64,000 nucleotides of DNA from an uncultured virus (IMG/VR IMGVR_UViG_3300010355_000481) (lineage: Duplodnaviria > Heunggongvirae > Uroviricota > Caudoviricetes > Crassvirales). The translations under genes were made by a program, and so were the position numbers. Numbering within the stretch: the first letter of the stretch is position 1; the number at the start of each line of letters is the position of its first letter. Shown here in pieces: positions 58,501 through 64,000 of the stretch. The stretch lies in the IMG/VR virus record IMGVR_UViG_3300010355_000481; one strand, written 5' to 3'. The notes beneath the pieces were generated by a model. That model did no database searches. It was not told the DNA's origin and saw only the letters and a program-made list of their open reading frames with translations.

Positions 58501-61500
58501 GCAATAGAATTGTAGAACTTCATTTCTTTTGCTTTAATCTTATTCCCAAGTTCACTATCAAGTGCTACAGGAAGTAAAGCATATTCATTATTTTCTGGAT
58601 TTACTTTGTCGTCGAGGAATTTATGGAAAGGATTATGTTGAGTAGCTTGATTATCTCTATCTGTACCTGCAGTGTGCGTTTTAAATACTGTATCTAAAGT
58701 CAAAGGAGTTGCAGAATCCCAATCACTATCGTTAAACATTGTATCTTCTTCCACTTCTGGTAAAGGTTGTAAAGCTAGTAAATCTGCTTTTACTTTAGCT
58801 TCGGCTGCTTTCTTTTCTGCAAGTTTACGAGCAAATTCTGCTTTTGCTTTTTCTTCTTCGGTCTCTGCTAATTTTTCTAATTCTTTAGTTTCCTTTAATT
58901 CTTCTTCTGCTAATTCTACTTCCGCTTTAGCATTATCAATTTCTTCTTTGGTAGGTACTTCTATAGGAGCAGGGCCTTCATCTTCTACTTGATTTACACT
59001 TACAGGTGCTGGTTTTGGTGCTGGTTTTTCAGGAACTCTAGTCTCTTGAATTGTATTTAAAGTCTTTTCATGGGCCATAGCTTCCTTGATAAGAGTATCC
59101 TTGTCGGTAATCTTTTGGAAGTACTTATTTTGTAAATCTAAAGCCTCTACATTTTCTTTATCTGCGGCTTTTAAACGTATGTATTTCTTATATTCAGGAG
59201 AATTCTTATCTGTAAACTCTTCAGAATCAAGTAGTTTGTCTACGTCTATAGAAGTTTTAGATGGGTCCATGTATAATTTCTTCAATGAAGGTAGTTCATA
59301 CAAAGCAGTTTTTGTATCATCTATTGCAGATGCAATTTTTTCTAATCTATCCTGTAATTCACTTTGTACTAAAGCTGATCTAAATACTTCTTTTAAGTTT
59401 ACAGTAATAGGTGATCTATATGTTTCTTTACCCTTCTTGATAATTACATGAGTCAAGGGTTCGTTGTAACGATTAGCAAGTGATTTATATAAATCTACTT
59501 GACGTGATAAGTCATCTCTAAATGTAGAGATATCACTCTTTACCTGTTCGATCTCTGTTGATTTGTATATCTTTCCGAAGAATTCTAAGCCATCTTTTTT
59601 TGCAGATTCCGTATTAGGGTTGGCTATAGATTCCTCTAAACGATCTAATTCGTCAAAGAGTTTCTGCTCTACGCCATTTGATACATGGTCGTATACATAA
59701 TTTGATTTAACTAGATGAGAGTATAAACTACGAAGATTAGAATCCGTAACTTCTGTACCTTCTGGTTGACGACGTAATGTATCTAAAACCGAAATAACTT
59801 TTCTACGAGTAGATTCATCTTTAGTTTGTAAGAAAGTTTCTAAAGATTGTTTAGCAGAGGTACCATTATCAGAAGTATCTATATAATCCTTTAAAGTATT
59901 GAATACAGCTTTAAGATTTGCATCATCTCCAGTATATCCTTTAGTAAGATCTTGTAATGATGATGCGATCACCATAGATTGATCTGTAGATAATTGGTTA
60001 ATATGTGATAATGCTTTGGCTAATTGGAAAATTCGCCCTGGATCATCTATACGGCGGATAGTACCTGCAGGATCTGGGATTAATGTACCGTCTTCGTCTC
60101 GTGAGTATGTTTGAAATAGTTGACCGTTATAAGGAGCTGTATGTTCTGACATAAACAAAGCAGCCTGAGTCATTTTATCAATAGGAGTCTTTAAAGCTTC
60201 TGGTATTTGTAAACTATTTGCTTGTTTTCTATCTGATAGTTGTCCGGCAATACCCCCATTAAAACCACCAACACCCATGATAGACCCAAATAAAGCGCCT
60301 CCAAACCAGTTAGATATACCTTCATCAGAAGTTAAACCATCTTTGTATGCGTAGATAATTTCGTGAAGGAATGAAGTATGGACTGGGTTATTTGGGTTAG
60401 CAGTATTTAATTGGTAATTTTTAGCACCTTCCGATATAGCAAATTGACCTAATTCTTCTGCAAAACCTTCCATTACAACACCTTTACCCATTTGCTTAAC
60501 AGTGTTTCCTAGAATATTTTTTACTAAAGTTTTAGTAGTGTTATCTACAGCCCAGTCTTTTGTAAACCATTTTCCTAAACTTAGGATAATGGATTTAGTG
60601 TTCATCAATAGGTTTAGACCGAACTGGTTTGTAATACCTAATACGGCTAAATTTCCAAGTAAAGTTTTGTTGGCAGCTTTGTCTGCAATCTCAGAAGCTT
60701 CGGCTATACTACGACCTTCTTGGATCGCTTGATTATAAGTATCCTTGTAAGCATTGGCAGCCTCGATACGTCCTTCACCATAAGAAGCAAGCATAGTACG
60801 TTCAAATGAACTTAAAGCAGATAAACCCATACCACCTTCTTTGAAAGCGTTATTAAGTTTTGTACCATAACCTTCGAAGAATTGTTTAGCGCCTTGGACG
60901 CCATCATCCCATACTGCTTTCCCTAAATCTTTTGTTCCTCCTAATAATCCTTTAGAGAATGTGGTTTCACCAAAAGCAAGTCCTGTACGTTCAGCTTTAA
61001 CTCCTTGATTAAATAACATCGAAGCTTGTTTACCTACGGTTGGCAGAAAGTCTCCTATTAATTTTCCACGCTTTAATACATTTGGTGCGTCAAATACAGA
61101 GTTTAATAAACGTGCACCGCCTACATTTAATCCGCTAGTCATTTTCATACCGCCGATCATACCTAAAGTAAACCCAGCCATATCTGCTATCTCGTTTTGT
61201 AACCCTTCGCCCGTGAAGAATTTAGAAAACGGCCCTTTATTCATATAGTTTTTTGACAAGGCAGCTTTGTATTCAGAACTTTCTACTCCTTCTGATAATG
61301 ATTGAGATAATGGATTATTTCCCCAATCGTGGAAATCTTTACCCATTATGGCTCCAAATGGCGTAGATAGTAAAGCTGCGGTTCCACCTATAGAAGTTTC
61401 GAATGTTCTATTAATAAGATTATTGGCGAGACCTGTTAATCGGTTCCCTACTCCTGATTGAAGTTGTGCTGTATATTCTTGGTTATCTCTTCCAAGTTTA

Positions 61501-62057
61501 TAACCTTGTTTACTTGACACACCAAATAATCCTGAAATAAATCCTGTAGCCCCTCCAGCAAGTCCTCCAATAATAGCCCCACCTAATGGCGCAGCTCCTC
61601 CTAATTCACCTACTGGCGCTGATGCTATAGCTGCAGTAGTCATACCTAATAAAGCCCCCGACGTAGCTCCTTTTGCTCCTTGGCCTAATGCCGCAGTTAA
61701 ATTACTCCCGTAATCGTTAGCTGTTTTTACATAAGGCATAACTTCGTCTATAGGTACAGTACGCCCACCATAAAGAGAATTATTATAATTTGGATCTTTT
61801 CTTTGTAGTTCATTATCTAATCCATGTAATACCCCATCCAATTTACTACCTATCGATTGATTTGTAATAGCTGGATTTATGCCATGGTCCAATTGTAATG
61901 TAGGGATATGATATATAGTAGGCATAGGTGTATCCATCAAACTCTTAAAGGTATCTTCGAAAGTGTTTGGTAGGATTACTTGAGATAACGTAGGGTTAGT
62001 GTTTACTAATCCTGGGGTTACTTCTGATTTATATTGTACTAGATTATCTAAATTCAT
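49515..62057 (-). CDS. giant virion-associated RNA polymerase (crAss-like vRNAP) fused to N-terminal cargo domains
   Basis: GYRIPTQ...GSDFDIDKL (DFDID at 52536-52550); ADAQ, IKPQG, LKNS and SGQKMG motifs; HEAFE zincin-like segment; Gly/Ala-rich hydrophobic N-terminus. Confidence 0.88.
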   Translation of the reverse strand: MNLDNLVQYKSEVTPGLVNTNPTLSQVILPNTFEDTFKSLMDTPMPTIYHIPTLQLDHGINPAITNQSIGSKLDGVLHGLDNELQRKDPNYNNSLYGGRTVPIDEVMPYVKTANDYGSNLTAALGQGAKGATSGALLGMTTAAIASAPVGELGGAAPLGGAIIGGLAGGATGFISGLFGVSSKQGYKLGRDNQEYTAQLQSGVGNRLTGLANNLINRTFETSIGGTAALLSTPFGAIMGKDFHDWGNNPLSQSLSEGVESSEYKAALSKNYMNKGPFSKFFTGEGLQNEIADMAGFTLGMIGGMKMTSGLNVGGARLLNSVFDAPNVLKRGKLIGDFLPTVGKQASMLFNQGVKAERTGLAFGETTFSKGLLGGTKDLGKAVWDDGVQGAKQFFEGYGTKLNNAFKEGGMGLSALSSFERTMLASYGEGRIEAANAYKDTYNQAIQEGRSIAEASEIADKAANKTLLGNLAVLGITNQFGLNLLMNTKSIILSLGKWFTKDWAVDNTTKTLVKNILGNTVKQMGKGVVMEGFAEELGQFAISEGAKNYQLNTANPNNPVHTSFLHEIIYAYKDGLTSDEGISNWFGGALFGSIMGVGGFNGGIAGQLSDRKQANSLQIPEALKTPIDKMTQAALFMSEHTAPYNGQLFQTYSRDEDGTLIPDPAGTIRRIDDPGRIFQLAKALSHINQLSTDQSMVIASSLQDLTKGYTGDDANLKAVFNTLKDYIDTSDNGTSAKQSLETFLQTKDESTRRKVISVLDTLRRQPEGTEVTDSNLRSLYSHLVKSNYVYDHVSNGVEQKLFDELDRLEESIANPNTESAKKDGLEFFGKIYKSTEIEQVKSDISTFRDDLSRQVDLYKSLANRYNEPLTHVIIKKGKETYRSPITVNLKEVFRSALVQSELQDRLEKIASAIDDTKTALYELPSLKKLYMDPSKTSIDVDKLLDSEEFTDKNSPEYKKYIRLKAADKENVEALDLQNKYFQKITDKDTLIKEAMAHEKTLNTIQETRVPEKPAPKPAPVSVNQVEDEGPAPIEVPTKEEIDNAKAEVELAEEELKETKELEKLAETEEEKAKAEFARKLAEKKAAEAKVKADLLALQPLPEVEEDTMFNDSDWDSATPLTLDTVFKTHTAGTDRDNQATQHNPFHKFLDDKVNPENNEYALLPVALDSELGNKIKAKEMKFYNSIAGTYVDKKTGKTYSPFLMKGHELLYLMTKQVKGMTHAVRENGETLPLNDVLFGDNVPQDLVYSKSSAPHPQGKDESIEDTHKRWIEWVKGVKSDTKDIKQEFSTKSVTEEEIIEIVGTYLKSLNKMYDESINMTEDNYLDLVKPITGITPGIQIKSQSKLESIGDEYTFKIATLSKNQQVGAGQTLQKGRVYAFKDGKYFHVRYRDYSDQELDKITELVTKLATTGELTGEEKNYLTHVINWYDDYTVSGGQQNSIGIIDGSIVFAPRKVGMRKIVRLENFREELKKLKHFVSKDVKSTDLFTDLATGTTYQNGYSEYLKDRNVLTMYMPLNESDPIQKNRQAIFSFDYEANKYTYDTSKDQEQESGTTVVSNYEDYDYPTNVPTETIKIVKKGLRNTDWSVTPPGLAMAKIGDFEFDIMYHDNQQITIEGVYDATPLPEDEVKNDIIENNTTSTSTDTPPATIYTPEEIAAFEAEDAEPYRLNPLYKYDDIENVPEFSDWLSKVLPQFLITTESKPIDGIAQGQLVQNVIRLWEGAEKGTGFHEAFEAVWNNILTPEQQKDLLVEFRERKGSFKYAFSGEMLEYDKATDLQAKETMAEEFIDFMRNTTVKPNPKANTFFFRLKKALIDLINQIKAFFGSTTQAKATINNIYQNIADASYFNHNINSFYPYAENRLIQRFKTPEVAFSHMQDALDIIHDKFVEEILEKDDNVNIYNLLDNADEAENSLAEYIMNRIDPILDAFEMEMGAVSKLPENLPAPGKPSFRASNTLFAPAKTGLILKEGLKDELKNLYVEQFLKRSKLKDFVDFQAYDEIETSSKEGRVSEDEINPTSNVNTVIRFLLGTLYHTNENGKKVLLEDNTPWSKGNMLKRYVKPAPHTLQNVLLNVLSNKEGHYNKDMYKNTFEVMMEALDELVTNDKVKYGWVYDLKKKLTGTKTSGENKLKIRIAFENSFHNLQYSPLSLKIDNEKVVFVDPVSENNIHNTIQGWLSNLKTLANQRHDHLAINKNNMVVFRNFEANVNPIQNYRFFKNLGMDFGARTPEKDEALQAVLGVLMQNPTMSIKELFEKQARTRIYTLAKNSVVDSNENLQNFRKATGKTAHTIINPNTIGRMFNKINGAADLLDAMKSLPHLVGKNGQLKVGLANNVFLRRNGVLFDNKTNKNAKSNLTLVTFDGLMNGVTNEGRSFTSLPESDKLILKANGVLHNRFSLLINSDKSTEYGLQLGRQLVDYSRYCATGKTDHQIYINDFVIPQLRDEIDILFNKKLAEDVKIFRDNTKDKVNLGTFTDILNLTQAEYDQLLKNKDVDRFIEYVFPRLENHVKAEYKSVLDKFQELDIAKYLDAEQACKVMKIPQATYTEVDFNPVTGLEELVTKTLSWTETYAEALRDKNNKGPLFRFIFYNYEVFNRDLQALAYGNLSMYKPGDAQKRWNFITSSKQTSATSSEVMSEMDTYRPRLDGKVRDSYYNFVSYEDVEAVSSSINYLAETFYKAHTDQNLTHTEIEAIVGAKFDETTGKVIEIPEKPVKGTLIAPYVKLEMADAQAFMTLDGWFDMMYTSGKLTSTQIARVQWEQAYERVTRNKFDKEDPRHYKYLTKHAIFTKAKDETILAKPKPIAVLQVIKPQGSGYNEKIDILTPIFLKNSVMPLSWSRVEGNPQLEKIYLQAQKNKIDLIGFNSGQKMGNLVNKQGTLTPLYDKVGQTIDDIPPVQRIHMDDFGLQVETANVYKAESNRGVQITKIITSNLTAHMDDPTVVKAISDYYQNLNDMIALGADTLYTKLGIRLNTVTGEYEVDSVENLSETLKAQAISLDMPQNVIDMFDIDPETRQLRYMFDASTERNRIEYVLNSILDKALVHQKVKGTQAPQVSSVFLRNSNDLLILKDGIYQKVTSPETLTPEELANVKIGSNDLKLREDGTIEVKIPSYLADNGVDINNVDTKLLEILGYRIPTQSLGQAEKIQVVGFLDESYGDSIMVPAELVGKSGSDFDIDKLNLYLPHYYVDENNYYHYVEFDQDETEAGVERRYNKYVRKRLAKEYKIQKNLIKERLELSNKELNDLYTKLNEQEKQKKFRSNVFFSLPLSIKQQYWDNQSTTDFINKSGFDKTMWNRDFTKAWIAQLENTQSITLQAYNRNTKTYYEQIVDSQQVIPILEEMLEEYADYIEEGGVRRDLLNAFLTQRDAYREEKADAAADYAYLGQFLSDGQENIMSLDQFRELSIGAQNSREALENRNIELMRNLLSLPQNRLQHLAPNSAATLEKMDSILNDQSSVKSYSLSSLLGSTSQRHILSAAKDLVGIGAVNVTGHGMAQIGDLHIEEIPALKFDKVKAIEGYHSLARQFDNKGRLISGNISEYVSGFADAAKDPFVVRLNINTHTMPQLMLLQRLGLSIEDTMKFINQPAIKEFVRMSENNTSLFREVDGLKGNKSDMYMQVLVKLLVGTEALAGVSKKGIPLNTLAEMYMSPNEKDTVSYWELKDIKDAIDEFLEDIEVSDPDMDYAKDIDRVKDYKKEKARYVQAIMLKDFMALGKPGQSLGNLNNALNIDSKRTKTLVENNLALDAVTEGLKFGTAVNIPGKTHLGNIIKNREQFNSYLSPFLLLAKNPALSRIVKQATQKVAAKIGERNKDVVLNSFTNYLVTYVIQNSPGFSKNYSLLDPESENNLVKRIKDLKASDVYKDLDYKFFDNLSFRTSYSDPKTEENPIMNVTLYNSREDSVDRNIEIARYEEVLERAEKHIKWAQNRKDAIDTPKYNFYTDVVNVMNDMVTLTILQSGVDSSHVSLQPTLPTGLYSEVVNKYLEEFDAKDLRFDTLWKMFHQQKWSDAKIVKRTNHLMTATEGRTYLINDTREYINNYGSIKYDKDIFPGSGDEYAVFDEDGNEIVSLRGKSMLLERIGRGPKGASIYHEITKIGMGKYAMVTLPDDTANLDPSEELPYGAYILPDDLPISAFKSSVAFNDNLEQDEIVDVTDETQEEREVETPVESSTEDNTEYPDCPFLIL

Positions 62058-64000
62058 TATTCTCCGATTAGATCGTTAAGTTTTTGGTCGGTCATACTTA
62101 GGTTTGGATTTTGGTATCCAAGTGCCCTAAATAAATCACCTGATTGTTTTATTTGTTCGCAACGAACTTTAATAAGCTCTGCTATTTTGCCTGATGCTTG
62201 TAATGCTTTTAATGTTTCTTTAGTTTTCGAAGCAATTTCATCTTGAGGTACTTTCTGGTTTTGAAGATCTGCAATAATAGATTGTTTCAAAGTTCCGAAT
62301 ACGTCTTCCAAAAGTACGTTAGAAATTTTATCCGTAGCCGCTTCTACATAAGTTTCTGCGGAAGAAGGATTTTCAAATGTTTTTGGTACAGGTATATGAA
62401 CATCTCCTACTATAATTTCTGCAGTTAAAGGGGCGTTTCCTGTATAAGGTGTTCTGGTAGCTGTTCCTACTTTATACTCTAATTCAAGTTCTCCTTTTTT
62501 TACAGCTTTTGTGTATGATCCGTTTTTACTCCAACTTAATGCTCTGAATTTTGCAGCATCTACATCTGATATTGCTTTTAAAGAAGGGTCAGCTATAATA
62601 ATAGATTCCCCGTCTTCCGATGTTATAATAGTTTTACCATCTTTTGAATCTAATTCTTTAGTTTTTAATTCATAACCACCGTCTTTTTGGATAATCTGAC
62701 GAATAGATAACGGATCGATATCTTTGAATGATTCAGGATGTTTTGTCATAATCTCCGTCAACTGAATATTGAAATTACTATCTCTAGTTTTATCTAATTG
62801 AGTTTCAGTTGTTATAGGTCGAGAGATTACTTGTTGATTACCTATCAAGACAGCTTTTAGTGCGATATCTTTTTGAAGTTTGTCGTAATATGCTAGTCCT
62901 ATTTTTGGTACGGGAAGAGTAGATGTTGATGACGCTAATGCTGCTCTACCTGCCCCGACTACGGGGGTTAATAATGGCATATTATTACTTGCAAATTCTC
63001 CTACAACTCTAGCTGAATTATTAATGGCAGCACTTGCTATATCCCCAGCACTTTGCATACGATCGTCAAATCCTGCTGCAAAATCTTTGTCGGTGATTAA
63101 ACGTTGAGCTACTTCATCTAAAGATTTAAAGTTATGTTGACGAGTAGTAAAAGTACGCCCAAAACGTAAACCATCTTCTGTTTTATGTATTAAACCTTCT
63201 TGTCTATAAGCGTCTGTTATGTCAGTACTACCCATTGCTTTATTGATTTGATCAACGGTAACTCCTGACTTTTGTAACTCACCAATAATGCTTGCTTTAC
63301 TTGATTTTTGTAAAGCCATTTTATTATCATGATAAGCTACTGCTTCAATTACGTCGGCATCATTTTTCTCAAATTTTAAAGCTATTGCTTTTTTAGCTTT
63401 ATCAAGTGTCGTAAGTTGAGAATTTGGAGTATTCATTATGCCCGCTAATTTTCCGTCGGCGTATTCTCGAGACACTGAATATGCAAATGCTAACGCTTTT
63501 TTGTCATTTGTATAAGACTTTTCCGTAAAACCTAAAGCAGAGTATGCATCTGAGGCTATGCCTACGATGGCGCCATTGATTTTCTTTTGCATATCTCCTT
63601 CATAATTATCTACGGTGGATTGTATAGCTTCTCCGTCAGTTAATTCTGAAGGTGTTACCGTAGATAAAGCCCCTCCGGCTACTCCTTTACCCCCAGGTGA
63701 ATTAGTACCTCCACCAGTTATTGGAGTTCCGTCAGGGTTTAAACCTTCTTTACCCGCATTAATCGCGTTCTTTTGGGCTTCTAGTTGAAGTTTAGCTTGA
63801 TCTATACCCATACGATCGTTATGAAACTCACGTTCTTGGTTTAGCCTCATGATAAGTTCATTGGCGCCTTGCTCCCTATTACGTAAAGAAACTATCGCAG
63901 AATTTGACCCTAAAGTTTGTGAAGTCTTTTTTACTTCGAGAGATCGTGATAAATCAGCTATCTTTTGGTTTGCATATGTATTAGCGTAGTTATCGACTTT
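62057..64000 (-). CDS. large virion cargo/ejection protein, 5' end beyond the window
   Basis: Frame stays open from 63850 to 64000; stop overlaps the vRNAP ATG. Confidence 0.7.
   Translation of the reverse strand, partial: KVDNYANTYANQKIADLSRSLEVKKTSQTLGSNSAIVSLRNREQGANELIMRLNQEREFHNDRMGIDQAKLQLEAQKNAINAGKEGLNPDGTPITGGGTNSPGGKGVAGGALSTVTPSELTDGEAIQSTVDNYEGDMQKKINGAIVGIASDAYSALGFTEKSYTNDKKALAFAYSVSREYADGKLAGIMNTPNSQLTTLDKAKKAIALKFEKNDADVIEAVAYHDNKMALQKSSKASIIGELQKSGVTVDQINKAMGSTDITDAYRQEGLIHKTEDGLRFGRTFTTRQHNFKSLDEVAQRLITDKDFAAGFDDRMQSAGDIASAAINNSARVVGEFASNNMPLLTPVVGAGRAALASSTSTLPVPKIGLAYYDKLQKDIALKAVLIGNQQVISRPITTETQLDKTRDSNFNIQLTEIMTKHPESFKDIDPLSIRQIIQKDGGYELKTKELDSKDGKTIITSEDGESIIIADPSLKAISDVDAAKFRALSWSKNGSYTKAVKKGELELEYKVGTATRTPYTGNAPLTAEIIVGDVHIPVPKTFENPSSAETYVEAATDKISNVLLEDVFGTLKQSIIADLQNQKVPQDEIASKTKETLKALQASGKIAELIKVRCEQIKQSGDLFRALGYQNPNLSMTDQKLNDLIGE

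Overview
This 64-kb, AT-rich window looks like part of a large crAss-like (Crassvirales-type) podophage genome that probably infects a Bacteroidota host. It has two convergent halves meeting at a bidirectional terminator (~27087-27120). The + strand (1-27082) carries early, replication and recombination genes: rIIA, rIIB split by a group I intron with a LAGLIDADG endonuclease, DUF932, a nucleotidyltransferase-fold protein, SF2 helicase, DEDD exonuclease, putative SSB, primase, DnaB-like helicase, a DnaA domain-IV protein, dNMP kinase, a RecE-like nuclease, RecA and many small ORFs. The - strand (27155-64000) carries giant ejected cargo genes (a 4180-aa virion RNA polymerase with a DFDID motif and a 2405-aa polyvalent protein), structural/tail proteins built from shared modules, a lysis cassette and a captured signal-peptide/GEVED gene. 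Signals the ORF track does not explain include ATGA-chained microprotein arrays (three consecutive 48-aa ORFs) and an intron ORF that reads through the ribozyme core. Others are three tandem 30-nt RNA hairpins whose substitutions preserve pairing, a tRNA-like T-loop element, and a 22-bp motif shared by the intron ORF leader and the late operon. All calls are from manual motif recognition; no searches were run.
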